A DNA stretch of 64,000 nt from Synechococcus sp. (lineage in GTDB: Bacteria > Cyanobacteriota > Cyanobacteriia > PCC-6307 > Cyanobiaceae): the NCBI GenBank assembly GCA_047285805.1, contig JBJBCN010000002.1:96001-160000 (forward strand), in the 5' to 3' direction. Numbering within the stretch: position 1 is the stretch's first letter; each line of letters opens with the position of its first letter. Shown here in pieces: positions 32,874-43,406 of the stretch. The translations under genes were made by a program, and so were the position numbers. The notes under the pieces were generated by a model. The model searched no databases, was not told the origin of the DNA, and saw nothing but the letters and a program-made list of their open reading frames with translations.

Positions 32874-34805
32874 TTGATTGGTGCACCCATGCCCCTCGCC
32901 GAGATCAGCTGGATGGGCAGTCGCCACGATCAGCGCGCCTTGGCCGAGAGGCAGGACTGGAGTGCACTCCACGGCCTTGAGCAGCTGTGGGGGCAGTTGG
33001 CGGAGCTCCATGGCGACTCCCCAGCCCTGGATGCCCCCCATGCCAAGCCGCCGGAGCAGTTGAGCTTCCGCCGCCTGCATCAGCAGATCGAGCAGGCCGC
33101 CGCCGGTTTTGGGGCCCTCGGGGTCCGGCCGGGCGAGGTCGTCGGTTTATTCTCAGAGAACAGCCCCCGCTGGATAGTGGCGGACCAGGGTTTGATGCGT
33201 CTTGGAGCCGCGGATGCGGTTCGCGGCAGCGGCGCACCGTTGGATGAGTTGCGCTACATCGCTGCTGACTGCGGTGCGGTGGCCCTGGTCCTGGAGTCGG
33301 CCGAGCTGCTGGAGCGTTTGCAGTTAAGCAGTGAGCTGCTCGGGCAACTGCGCTTTGTGGTGCTGTTGCAGGGGGGCCGCGGTGCGGTCGTGCCGCTTAT
33401 TCCCTGCTTGACCTGGGAGGAACTGATGGCCAAGGGGGCTGCTAGTCCGGCTCCGGCTTGGCCCGAGGGCGGCGTGGAGCGCCTGGCCACGGTGCTCTAC
33501 ACGTCAGGCACCACGGGCCGTCCCAAGGGCGTCCCCCTCAGCCATGCCAACTTGCTGCAACAGCTGCGCAACCTCGGGGTGGCGGTGGCGCCGAGCCCGG
33601 GTGATCGGGTGCTAAGCGTCCTGCCGATCTGGCATGCCTATGAGCGCAGCGCGGAATACTTCCTGCTCTCATGTGGTTGCCAGCAGACCTACACGACCCT
33701 CAAGCAACTGCGCCCGGACCTGCAGGGTGTTCGTCCCCACTACCTGATCAGTGTTCCTCGGCTCTGGGAGGCCCTGCTGAGCGGCTTCGAAGATGCCCTC
33801 GCGGCCATGCCGGTGAGTCGAGCCAAGTTGCTGCGTTCGGCCCTGGGCGTCAGTCGGTATCACTGCCTCGCAAGGCGGGTGGCGGCCGATCGAACCCTGG
33901 CCCCCGAGCGCAAGCGTCGCCGCGTTGCCGCTGCCGCCGGCGCCTTGCTGAGCTGGCCCGTGCATGGTCTTGCCGAGAAGCTGTTTTGGCCGAAGGTTCG
34001 GACCCAGCTGATCGGTGGTCACCTCCGTACGGCCATCAGTGGTGGTGGTGCCCTGGCGATCCATGTCGATGGCTTCTTTGAGGCCATCGGCATTGAGTTG
34101 TTGGTTGGCTACGGCCTGACCGAAACCAGCCCGGTGTTGACCTGCCGGCGCCGTTGGAACAACCGCCGCGGCAGCTCCGGCCAACCGCTCCCCGGCACCT
34201 CCATCAAGATCACCGATCCCGAGAGTGGTGCGGTGCTGGCGGTCGGCGAACGGGGGAAGGTCTTGGCCAAAGGAACCCAGGTGATGGGGGGGTATCTGGG
34301 TAAACCCGAAGCCACCGCCAAGGTGCTCGATGCCGAGGGCTGGTTTGACACCGGTGACCTGGGGCACCTGCTGGCGGACGGCACCTTGGTGCTTACCGGC
34401 CGCGCAAAGGACACGATTGTGCTCAGCAGCGGCGAGAATATCGAGCCAGGCCCCCTCGAGGAGTGCCTGGTGGCCTGCACCCTGGTCGAGCAGGTGATGC
34501 TCGTCGGTCAGGACCGCAAGGCCCTGGGTGCCCTGGTGGTGCCGAAGTTGGAGAGCCTGGAGGCCTTTGCTGCAGAGCAGGGGCTGACGCCCCCGGACCC
34601 GGCTCTGTTGAAGGCCCTGACCAGTCGACTGAACCGGCGCCTGCAGGCGCGGGTAGGGGCCCGACCGGATGAGCGGCTGGCGGGGGTTGCCCTGGTGGAG
34701 CCCTTTAGCATCGACAACGGTCTGCTGACCCAAACCCTCAAGCAGAAGCGCGATCGCATCGCCAATCGCGACACCCAGGCGATCGAGTCGATCTACGGCC
34801 GCTAG
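32874..34805 (+). CDS. aas: long-chain acyl-ACP/CoA synthetase (Aas-like)
   Basis: YTSGTTGRPKG, GYGLTET, WFDTGD, SGENIEP. Confidence 0.85.
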   Translation: MIGAPMPLAEISWMGSRHDQRALAERQDWSALHGLEQLWGQLAELHGDSPALDAPHAKPPEQLSFRRLHQQIEQAAAGFGALGVRPGEVVGLFSENSPRWIVADQGLMRLGAADAVRGSGAPLDELRYIAADCGAVALVLESAELLERLQLSSELLGQLRFVVLLQGGRGAVVPLIPCLTWEELMAKGAASPAPAWPEGGVERLATVLYTSGTTGRPKGVPLSHANLLQQLRNLGVAVAPSPGDRVLSVLPIWHAYERSAEYFLLSCGCQQTYTTLKQLRPDLQGVRPHYLISVPRLWEALLSGFEDALAAMPVSRAKLLRSALGVSRYHCLARRVAADRTLAPERKRRRVAAAAGALLSWPVHGLAEKLFWPKVRTQLIGGHLRTAISGGGALAIHVDGFFEAIGIELLVGYGLTETSPVLTCRRRWNNRRGSSGQPLPGTSIKITDPESGAVLAVGERGKVLAKGTQVMGGYLGKPEATAKVLDAEGWFDTGDLGHLLADGTLVLTGRAKDTIVLSSGENIEPGPLEECLVACTLVEQVMLVGQDRKALGALVVPKLESLEAFAAEQGLTPPDPALLKALTSRLNRRLQARVGARPDERLAGVALVEPFSIDNGLLTQTLKQKRDRIANRDTQAIESIYGR

Positions 34806-34881
34806 GGCCGGGAACCCGCCCGGACCAGACGTTGTCGGCCCTGGCTAGCACTGACAGGCTGAGCGCCGCAATTGATCTCCC

Positions 34882-35325
34882 ATGGCCGAGGGTTCACTCT
34901 CCGTAAAGCGCTCCATCACCGTCCGCGCGGTGGTTACCCCCCGCTGGAAGGAGGACGCTGAGCGTGAAATCAGCGCGGCCATCGCCAACAGCGACGCCCA
35001 GCTGGGGCAGCTCGAGCAAGAGGGGCAGCAGCTGGTGGAGGCGATCCGCAGCCAGAGCGCCAATCCCCTGGACCCCCGCGTTCAGGAGCAGGTGGGTTCT
35101 GTACAGGAGCAGGTGGCTGCCAAGCGCGCCGAGCTCGAGGAGCAGAAGCGTCAGCTGCTCGAGCAGCAGCGCCAGGTCCGCGACCTGGAGATGGAGCAAA
35201 TCGTCGAGCAAGGCCAGCTCGATAGCTTCACGGACGTCAAGGTGGGCGACAACCTGGTCGAGAAGCTCCAGGTGGCTGTTGTCGTCCGTGATGGGGTGAT
35301 CGAGGCGATCGAGGGAGCCCTCTGA
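34882..35325 (+). CDS. YlqD family protein
   Basis: KRSITVRAVVTPRWKE, coiled coil, VKVGDNL. Confidence 0.85.
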   Translation: MAEGSLSVKRSITVRAVVTPRWKEDAEREISAAIANSDAQLGQLEQEGQQLVEAIRSQSANPLDPRVQEQVGSVQEQVAAKRAELEEQKRQLLEQQRQVRDLEMEQIVEQGQLDSFTDVKVGDNLVEKLQVAVVVRDGVIEAIEGAL

Positions 35326-35391
35326 GGCTTTCCATCAGGGGGCTGCCGCTGAGCCGCGTAAAATCGGCCTCAAACGAGCGGCAGACCTCCG

Positions 35392-36708
35392 TTGGCGATC
35401 CACGAAATCTTCATGCCCGCCCTCTCCTCCACGATGACAGAGGGCAAGATCGTGGAATGGCTTAAGAAGCCAGGTGACAAGGTCGGCCGTGGTGAGTCCG
35501 TGCTGGTTGTCGAGTCCGACAAGGCGGACATGGACGTCGAGTCCTTCAACGAGGGCTACCTTGCCGCAGTGTTGATGCCCGCAGGTGGTACCGCGCCCGT
35601 CGGCGAAACCATCGGTCTGGTGGTGGAAACCGAGGCAGAAATTGCAGAGGCCCAGGCCAAGGCCCCTAGTGCCCCTGCAGCACCCGCGCCCGCTGCGGCT
35701 GCCGCTTCCACCCCTGCTGCTGCTCCGGCCCCCGCACCGGTCGTGGCCGCCCCTGCTCCCATTGCCGCTGCGCCCGCTCCCGTGAGCGATGGCCGCGTGG
35801 TGGCGAGCCCCCGGGCCAAGAAATTGGCGAGCCAACATGGTGTAGCTCTCGAGACCCTGCGCGGCAGCGGCCCCCTCGGCCGTATCCAGGCTGAAGACGT
35901 CGAGCGGGCCCTGGGCCTGACCGTCGCGGTCCCCCGTGTGGCCGAGGGTTCGACCCCTGCAGCGAGCGGTGGCAGCAACGGCGCCGCAGCTCCGGGTGCC
36001 GCCCCGGCTGGCAATGCCTTTGGCCGCCCTGGCGAGAGCGTGGCCTTCAACACCCTCCAGGGCGCGGTCAACCGCAACATGGTGGCCAGCCTGGCGGTGC
36101 CGACCTTCCGGGTCGGCTACACGATCACCACCACCAAGCTGGACGCTTTCTACAAGCAGGTGAAGAGCAAGGGCGTGACCATGACCGCCCTGCTGGCCAA
36201 GGCCGTGGGAGTGGTGCTAGCCCGTCACCCCCAGGTGAATGCCACCACCAGTGCCGATGGTTCTGCCATGGTTTACCCGGCTGCGGTGAACGTCGCTGTG
36301 GCCGTGGCGATGGAAGACGGTGGGTTGATCACCCCGGTGCTGCCGAACGCCGACAAGACCGACATCCACTCCCTGGCCCGCACCTGGGCTGATCTGGTGA
36401 GCCGCGCCCGCAGCAAGCAGCTCCAGCCTGAGGAATACAGCACCGGCACCTTCACCCTCTCCAACCTGGGGATGTTCGGTGTGGACCGCTTTGATGCGAT
36501 CTTGCCGCCGGGCACCGGCGCGATACTTGCGGTGGCCGCCTCGCGTCCCACGGTCGTCGGCGGCAAGGACGGTTCGATCCGGGTCGCGAACCAGATGCAG
36601 GTGAATCTGACCTGCGATCACCGTGTGATCTACGGCGCCGATGCGGCGGCCTTCCTCAGGGATCTCGCCCAGCTGCTCGAGACCAACCCCGAGAGCCTGG
36701 CCTTCTGA
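35392..36708 (+). CDS. pdhC: pyruvate dehydrogenase E2 dihydrolipoamide acetyltransferase
   Basis: Lipoyl domain VESDKADM, Ala/Pro linker, DHRVIYGA. Confidence 0.96.
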   Translation: MAIHEIFMPALSSTMTEGKIVEWLKKPGDKVGRGESVLVVESDKADMDVESFNEGYLAAVLMPAGGTAPVGETIGLVVETEAEIAEAQAKAPSAPAAPAPAAAAASTPAAAPAPAPVVAAPAPIAAAPAPVSDGRVVASPRAKKLASQHGVALETLRGSGPLGRIQAEDVERALGLTVAVPRVAEGSTPAASGGSNGAAAPGAAPAGNAFGRPGESVAFNTLQGAVNRNMVASLAVPTFRVGYTITTTKLDAFYKQVKSKGVTMTALLAKAVGVVLARHPQVNATTSADGSAMVYPAAVNVAVAVAMEDGGLITPVLPNADKTDIHSLARTWADLVSRARSKQLQPEEYSTGTFTLSNLGMFGVDRFDAILPPGTGAILAVAASRPTVVGGKDGSIRVANQMQVNLTCDHRVIYGADAAAFLRDLAQLLETNPESLAF

Positions 36709-37799
36709 TCAGCGACGATCAGCTGCTCTCGAGTTACGTCTTCGACCTCCCGGAGACGTTCATCGCCCAGCGCCCAGTCGAACCGCGTCATGCGGCCAGG
36801 TTGTTGGCGCTCGAGGGGCTCGAGGGCTGCCGCCATCAAAAGGTCTGGGATCTGCAGGATCTGCTGAAACCCGGCGACTTGCTGGTGGTGAACAACACCC
36901 GAGTGCTCAAGGCGCGCCTGCAGGCCCGGCGGCTCACAGGTGGGGCGGTGGAGCTGCTGGTGCTGGAGCCCGTGGGCGGTAGCGATTGGCTCTGTCTGGC
37001 CAAACCGGCCAAGCGCCTCAAGTCGGGCGAGATCCTGCAGCTGGAGCATCCCGGCCAACTACCCCAGCTCCTGGAGATCGTGGCCGTCGACGCCGAGACC
37101 GGAGGCAGGGTCGTGCGTTTTCCGGCAGAGTGCACCAACCCGGAAGCCATCGAGGCCCTGCTGGCGCGCTACGGCGAGATTCCCCTGCCGCCCTACATCC
37201 ACCAACACTCCAGCGATGACGAGAGCCGCTACCAGACCCGTTTCGCCTCCCGGCCCGGGGCGGTGGCGGCGCCCACGGCGGGCTTGCACCTGAGCGATGA
37301 ACTGCTGGAAGCCCTCGAGGCCCGCGGGGTGCAGCGCACGACGGTGACCTTGCACGTGGGTCTGGGCACGTTCCGGCCGGTGGAGACCGAGGACCTGACC
37401 CAGCTGGAGCTCCACAGCGAGTGGGTCGAGGTGTCGCCGGCCTGTGTGGAGGCGGTGGCCCAGTGCCGCGCCCGCGGCGGCCGCGTGATTGCGGTTGGAA
37501 CTACCTCGGTTCGTAGCCTGGAGGCGGTCGCCCAGCTCCACGGTGGTGTGCTGCAACCCCATGCTGGAACTGTGAATTTGGTGATTCAGCCCGGCTATCG
37601 CTTTGCGGTGGTTCAGGGGCTACTGACCAACTTCCACCTGCCGAAAAGTTCCTTGCTTCTGCTGGTCAGTGCCCTGGTGGGACGGCTGCGCTTGCTTGCG
37701 CTCTACGAGGAGGCCAAGGCGGAGGGCTATCGCTTCTTCTCCTATGGCGACGCGATGTGGATCTCGCCGGAGGCGGTCCTCGAGAACGCCCGGCCATAA
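36705..37799 (+). CDS. queA: S-adenosylmethionine:tRNA ribosyltransferase-isomerase
   Basis: [18 protein letters not shown]-terminal motif upstream of the tracked [28 protein letters not shown]. Confidence 0.95.
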   Translation: MISDDQLLSSYVFDLPETFIAQRPVEPRHAARLLALEGLEGCRHQKVWDLQDLLKPGDLLVVNNTRVLKARLQARRLTGGAVELLVLEPVGGSDWLCLAKPAKRLKSGEILQLEHPGQLPQLLEIVAVDAETGGRVVRFPAECTNPEAIEALLARYGEIPLPPYIHQHSSDDESRYQTRFASRPGAVAAPTAGLHLSDELLEALEARGVQRTTVTLHVGLGTFRPVETEDLTQLELHSEWVEVSPACVEAVAQCRARGGRVIAVGTTSVRSLEAVAQLHGGVLQPHAGTVNLVIQPGYRFAVVQGLLTNFHLPKSSLLLLVSALVGRLRLLALYEEAKAEGYRFFSYGDAMWISPEAVLENARP

Positions 37800-37826
37800 A
37801 AAAGCCCCCGCCTAATCGGGGGCTTG
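37798..37826. terminator. terminator between convergent queA and sodB
   Basis: A-run plus hairpin aagccccc-gcctaatc-gggggctt. Confidence 0.75.
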
Positions 37827-37842
37827 GGTTGGATCGCTTGGA

Positions 37843-38442
37843 TCAGGCGGCGGCCAGGTTGGCGGCCACGAATTCCCAGTTCACCAGTTTGTCGAGGTAG
37901 GTGCTGATGTAGTCGGGGCGGCGGTTCTGGTAATCCAGGTAGTAGGCGTGCTCCCAGACGTCCATGGTCAGGAGGGCGTTCTGGCCGTGGGCCAGAGGCA
38001 AATCGGCGTTACCAGTCTTGGTGACCTTAAGTGTGCCGTTGTCGAGGACGAGCCAGGCCCAGCCACTACCGAACTGGGTGGCGCCGGCGGCCTTGAAGGC
38101 TTCGACGAACTTCTCGAAGCTGCCGAAGTCAGCGTTGATCTTCTCGAGCAGAGCGCCGCTAGGGGTGCCGCCACCGTTGGGCTTGATGCACTGCCAGTAG
38201 AAGCTGTGGTTCCAGACCTGGGCAGCGTTGTTGAACACGCCGACCTTGCTGGCGTCACTGGCCACGGCGACGATGGTGTCTTCCAAGCTCTTGCCTTCCA
38301 GATCGGTGCCAGACACCAGGTTGTTGAGGTTGGTCACGTAAGCGTTGTGGTGCTTGCCGTGGTGGAACTCAAGGGTTTGGCGGGAGATATGCGGCTCGAG
38401 GGCATCGAGGCCGTAGGGCAGCGCGGGCAGCGTATGAGCCAT
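37843..38442 (-). CDS. sodB: Fe superoxide dismutase
   Basis: [16 protein letters not shown] (Fe-type), DVWEHAYY. Confidence 0.95.
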   Translation of the reverse strand: MAHTLPALPYGLDALEPHISRQTLEFHHGKHHNAYVTNLNNLVSGTDLEGKSLEDTIVAVASDASKVGVFNNAAQVWNHSFYWQCIKPNGGGTPSGALLEKINADFGSFEKFVEAFKAAGATQFGSGWAWLVLDNGTLKVTKTGNADLPLAHGQNALLTMDVWEHAYYLDYQNRRPDYISTYLDKLVNWEFVAANLAAA

Positions 38443-38565
38443 GAAACGAAGGATCGTGCTGTTGGATGCCCGGCCATATGCCGGACGGCGGGGGAATTCT
38501 AACGATCGCTTGAAGTTTCGTAAGTCGCGGGAACCGCACTGCTGGCGCGGTTCCCGCAGCTGAGA

Positions 38566-39174
38566 TCAGCCATTGACCTCGAGCAGTTCCACCTCAAAGA
38601 TCAAGGTGGCGTTGGGGGGGATCACACCGCCGGCACCGCGCGCGCCGTAGGCTAGATCGGGAGGGATGACGAGTTTGCGCTTGCCGCCGACCTGCATGCC
38701 GGCCACACCTTCATCCCAGCCCTTGATCACGCGACCGGCACCCAAGGGGAAGCTGAATGGACCGCGGCCGTAGCTGCTGTCGAACTCCTTGCCGTTCTCG
38801 AGCGTGCCGCGGTAGTTGACCACCACGAGCTGCCCCGAGGTGGCTTCAGGACCGTCACCGATCACCAGGTCGGTGATTCGCAGACCGCTGGGGGTCATCC
38901 GTTCTTTGGCCGCAACCATTTCTCCTCCGAGGGCAGACGCCCCACTGTCGGCGATGACGTCGCTGGCCATCGTGAAGAGGCTGGGGTTGGGATCCTCTGG
39001 ATCGAGTTCGATCTGGCCGCTGAAGCTGGCTTGAGCGGGGGCGCTGGCTACCGCCTCCTGCACGGTGGGTTGGCTGGGGGCGGCTTTCACGGTGGAAGGA
39101 GCCACAATCTGGCTCACCAGTGCAAGCAAGAGGCAGCCCACGCAGACGGCGGAGCTGATGAGGATGTCCCGCAT
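38566..39174 (-). CDS. FKBP-type peptidyl-prolyl isomerase
   Basis: [30 protein letters not shown]. Confidence 0.95.
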   Translation of the reverse strand: MRDILISSAVCVGCLLLALVSQIVAPSTVKAAPSQPTVQEAVASAPAQASFSGQIELDPEDPNPSLFTMASDVIADSGASALGGEMVAAKERMTPSGLRITDLVIGDGPEATSGQLVVVNYRGTLENGKEFDSSYGRGPFSFPLGAGRVIKGWDEGVAGMQVGGKRKLVIPPDLAYGARGAGGVIPPNATLIFEVELLEVNG

Positions 39175-39221
39175 GTCCGTATCAAAGAGGCATCACAGAA
39201 TGATTCTCGCCTAGTTGCGCC

Positions 39222-39501
39222 TCATTCCGGGATTTCGAGCCGGGATTGCTTCTGCCGCAGCTGCTGTTCCAGCCGATCGATGCTGCCCCGCAGTTCATCG
39301 ACTTCCCGTTGCCGGGCCAGCCCCAGATCCTGCAGGAGGTGATCCAGGTTGCGCTCCACCTGCCGCTCGGTCTGTTTCTCGAGCTCGGGGTTCTCGCCGC
39401 GCAGGCTGGCGAGAACGTCATCGACCAAGGCACTCGCCCACTAGGGAGGTAGTGGCAAAACTGCTGAAGAGCAGTTGTTGAAGGGGGCGACTGGGATCCA
39501 T
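39222..39501 (-). pseudogene. phasin-like gene with an internal deletion/frameshift
   Basis: ATG 39501 gives MDPSRPLQQLLFSSFATTSLVG, then a frame break to ASALVDDVLASLRGE...LGLARQREVDELRGSIDRLEQ. Confidence 0.65.
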
Positions 39502-40609
39502 AAGACTTAATTATTAGCAACCGCTCTTGGCTGCTCAGTGATGGTTTGAACAGAGTGCCGTAAATCAGATCTCCTTCTGCGCCTTGTCTAGCCACAATAT
39601 GAGTTGAAACCTACACATATATTGGACCAGATCAAAGCTCGCGGAAAGTTCAATTTTCTACAGAGAACCCTGTGGCTTAACCCCTTTCGCGATTCGTTCA
39701 AACCCTCTATGTTCAGTTCCTGAAGTAACTGGTTCCTAGGGTTTTGTCGGACAGTCCAACAGGTTTCGCCTTGCTGAGACAGGTCTCCGGGAGGCACTGT
39801 GCAGCGCCCTGGAGGCTGGCCAGCAGCCTGAGATCAATAAGGGATGAAGGTCGTTTGGAAGCCGATGCAGGCGCTCTTGGGAGCCAATCAGGAGGCTTGA
39901 CCACAGTCGATGCTCAAGCCCACGCAAAACGTTCAGATAACTACAAACGGCACGTCACTGTTGATGCGGCTGCTGGATTATCTGCTCACCACCTCCGGGT
40001 CGGGCAAGGGAGATAGCATAGGCGGGTTGGTACTCGTCTCTTTTTTGTCGGACTTTTCGCTGCTTCTGGGTTTAATTAGCGGACGCCTTTGCCAGTCCTG
40101 CTCAAGCTGGTCGTGGCGATCAAGGGCGTTTGGATTCATTGCAGGTCGTCCAGTACCGCCTACTGCTGGCATCACCTGTTATGGCCTTGCTAGCTGATCC
40201 CAGCGAATGGAAACCAGTTATGAGGGTGGGGTTAACTGGAATACTTCAGAGTAAGTGCAGATGGTTTAAAAATTTGCGGCAGAAACCCAAATCACTGGTC
40301 TCAATTCTTTTAATTGGTGGATCTCCTGAACTCCTGAACTCCTGGCTCTAGAGTCGCTACAGGTTGCATATTGATTTAAATCTAAACAATGACAAGCTGA
40401 TAGCCGGTCTTATGAGTAAGACTGGAATGCTTGTGGATTATTTATTGTTGAAGCATGTAGAAAAAATTTAAGACAATGAGAGGTGTTGGGTGGCTTACTG
40501 ATGGAGAGCTATTTATCTTGTCAATCTGCTTTTGACCAGATTTTGATATAAAAATACCACCGTATTCCTCTGATCTGGTGGCGGTTTGGTAAGTTTAGCT
40601 GTCAAGAGC

Positions 40610-42973
40610 CTAGAGAGGCTTTTTTGCCCAGAACTGGTACATTCCTATGAATGTTGAAGGATATTCTTTTTCAAAATCGCACCAATTTTCTAATGAGGTT
40701 AGTCCCTCATTGTCGGGATATCGCTGATGATAGAGATTTTTTATATTGTCTGCTAGCATGAACCCGCAGAATTCAAGATTTTGGCTGTCCAGAAGAGCAT
40801 TAAGTTCTATTGTTGTGAAACAATGCTCTTGTACATGGAAACACAAGTCTCGGCATTCGGAGAGCGAGTAAAAGTCTCTCACGCATTTAGGTAAATCCAT
40901 CAGCTCATTAATCTCGCCTCGCATTACCTTGCCTCTAAATTCTCGGATACCCTGCGGAGTACTTTCAATTCCTAATCTCTTGATTATTTTCTGTGCCCTC
41001 AAAATGATCTTACGTGCGGTAGTGCTATATAGGCCTAATTTGATGTATCCACCTGGCTTCAGCTGTTTAACTAGTGCAGACAGTCCGCTTGCAGGTCTTT
41101 CCATATGATGGAGGACGCCGCTACACTCAATTACATCAAAAGTTTCTTTTAGACTGGCGGCATTCAAGATATCCATCTTTTTAAACAATACATTTGTCAT
41201 ATTATACTCTGCTGTTTTCCTGATTGAATATGCGATGCTGCTACTGCTGAGGTCAATGGCTGTAACTTGAGCATTCTTATACCGACTTGTTTTTATAACT
41301 TGATCGCCGGTGCCGCAGCCGGCAATCAGTACTTTTGGTCTTTCCAGAGTAGAAGTTAATTCATGGTTGAAGGCAAGCCTATTCTTTGTCGATTCTCGTT
41401 TGATGACCTCTGATGCTTGCTTTGCGAGTGTGCTAGAGGTGTAGTCTGAATACCGGAATCTTGGATATGGATTTTCTTCGTACATTTCTTGTACGTGCTT
41501 CGAGACTGTATCATTGATGCTTTGATTTTGCTGGATGGATATTTTTATTTCTTTTTCTTTGAAGGGTTCTGTTAGGTGTGTCGCAATGAAGTCTTTGCTT
41601 TCAGTCCCAGAAAAGGAATATTGGCTAATTTGCGCCAAGTCTATATTGGCCAGATGCAATGGTGTATAACAGCCCACAGCTGCGATATATTTATTCATTT
41701 CTTCACGGCTTCCGGCAATCCTGCTGGTCAGTAGTGCTGTTAATTGTTCCTCTTCTTGCGACGTTGAATATACGTATTCATTCAAAAAACATTGCACAGC
41801 CAGGGCTTCTGTTAATGGTTTTAGTCTTGGTGGAATTAATCCTTCTTGAATTGTCAACCTCAGTATTTCTTCTCTTAGTCGAGTTAAGAATTGTTCGACA
41901 TCTGAGTTCGGAGGGATTATCAGAGTCAGGGATTTTCGAAATCTCCAATCGGAGGATAACCTGTAGAGAGCCCCATTGCTGTCAGAGACTATCTTTGCTG
42001 GAATGGATGCTTCTCGGATCGTAGGTAAATAGGCCTTCAGGAATATCTTTGATAGGCTTTGATGAGAGATATCTGTCCGGTTTAAAAGTAATTCATATGC
42101 CTTCATTGCGTCCTTGAAATTTGACGGTTGAATTTGGAGCTTCTCGACTATTATCTTTAAATTTTTCAATGCACTCGTCCAGTTCGATTTTAGCTCCAAG
42201 GAATGAAGTGTTGCGGCTAGAGCTTGATCGTTATCGTTTAGGTCTTGGTAGATAATTCCTAGGTTTAGATATGCATCAGGATTGTCAGGCTTGAGTTCGA
42301 GTGATCTAAGCGTGGAATCCAGTGCTCGATATGGTTCGTCGAGATTCTTATATATGATCCCCAGATGAACTAGGGCGTTGGGGTTGTTAGGTTTTAATTC
42401 TAACGATTTAAGAGTTGGGTTAAGTGCTTGATTGGGTTCGTTGAGGTGATTGAAGATGATTCCCAGGTTTAAAAGAGCGTTTGGGTTGTGAGGTTTTAGG
42501 TCGAGTGATTTAAGAGTGTGTTCAAGAGCTTTCTCGGTTTCGTCGAGGCTTTGGTAGATAGTGCCCAGATTCATATGAGCGTTTGGGTTGTCAGGTTTTA
42601 ATGTTATTGACTTAAGGGTGGTGGCCAAGGCCTGGTCCAGTTTGCCTAGCATTAGGTATGTATGGCCTAGGCTAAAGTATGCATCGGGGTGTTTTGGGTT
42701 TGCATTGATCCATGCTTGTTGTAGAGAGGCTGCCTCGGTGAAGCGACAGCTGCTTGTATAAATGATTCCCAGGTTTAGGAATAGAGAGTCATCTGTGCAC
42801 CCAAGCAGCATTGCATGCCTGTAAAGCTCCTCGGCTGTCTCCAGGTCTCCTTTTGTGTGGTGTCTAATACCGGATTCGAGCACGCTCTTTTTTTTTGGCA
42901 AGTTTTTTTTGCCGGATTTATTCTTGTTGTTTCTTTGCTTTCCGAACCCGCTCATCTGACGCCTGAAATTCAC
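40610..42973 (-). CDS. TPR-repeat protein fused to a class I SAM methyltransferase
   Basis: Several 34-aa TPRs (..KPDNPNAHMNLG..); YEENPYPR; VLIAGCGTG; IECSGVLHH; strongly AT-rich. Confidence 0.9.
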   Translation of the reverse strand: MNFRRQMSGFGKQRNNKNKSGKKNLPKKKSVLESGIRHHTKGDLETAEELYRHAMLLGCTDDSLFLNLGIIYTSSCRFTEAASLQQAWINANPKHPDAYFSLGHTYLMLGKLDQALATTLKSITLKPDNPNAHMNLGTIYQSLDETEKALEHTLKSLDLKPHNPNALLNLGIIFNHLNEPNQALNPTLKSLELKPNNPNALVHLGIIYKNLDEPYRALDSTLRSLELKPDNPDAYLNLGIIYQDLNDNDQALAATLHSLELKSNWTSALKNLKIIVEKLQIQPSNFKDAMKAYELLLNRTDISHQSLSKIFLKAYLPTIREASIPAKIVSDSNGALYRLSSDWRFRKSLTLIIPPNSDVEQFLTRLREEILRLTIQEGLIPPRLKPLTEALAVQCFLNEYVYSTSQEEEQLTALLTSRIAGSREEMNKYIAAVGCYTPLHLANIDLAQISQYSFSGTESKDFIATHLTEPFKEKEIKISIQQNQSINDTVSKHVQEMYEENPYPRFRYSDYTSSTLAKQASEVIKRESTKNRLAFNHELTSTLERPKVLIAGCGTGDQVIKTSRYKNAQVTAIDLSSSSIAYSIRKTAEYNMTNVLFKKMDILNAASLKETFDVIECSGVLHHMERPASGLSALVKQLKPGGYIKLGLYSTTARKIILRAQKIIKRLGIESTPQGIREFRGKVMRGEINELMDLPKCVRDFYSLSECRDLCFHVQEHCFTTIELNALLDSQNLEFCGFMLADNIKNLYHQRYPDNEGLTSLENWCDFEKEYPSTFIGMYQFWAKKPL

Positions 42974-43406
42974 CTAGCTTAATCCTTGTATGAATCACTC
43001 ACCTTCTCTTGATACTTTACTGCTTCAGAGCTGGCGCTTGCGTTCCAGCTTGCGCCGCAACCGTACGGTGATCTCCATCTCGACACTTTGTGAGAGGGGA
43101 TCCATCTCAAGGGGCAAGCGGGCAGCGACCTGCGCTAAGCAGATCGCGAGCAGTACTCCATCATTTTGATGAGCGGCACCAGGCCTCGCTAGGCCTTCCT
43201 CTTAAGTTGCTGGTGATAGAAGTCCCGTTGTCGATCACCGCGAACTTGAAGCAGACATCTTTGAGATCCTTTTCCCTGAGTGAGTTCTCGAGGATGTTCA
43301 GGTTCTCCTTTTGGTTATCTGAAGTAAGCCATGGTTGAAATCTGCGGTTGTGCCGGAAGGGTTTCTCGGGAATGACTTTGATGTTTTGAGGGGTTCTTCA
43401 TAAAGG

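Noticed and set aside
35655..35785. Low-complexity GC repeats in pdhC
   Set aside because: This is the normal Ala/Pro linker of the E2 subunit.
42200..42720. CRISPR-like periodic repeats
   Set aside because: The 102-bp periodicity is explained by TPR coding repeats.
43020..43340. Minus-strand coding-like fragment at the islet edge
   Set aside because: It is broken by stops and shifts and I cannot assign it to a family.
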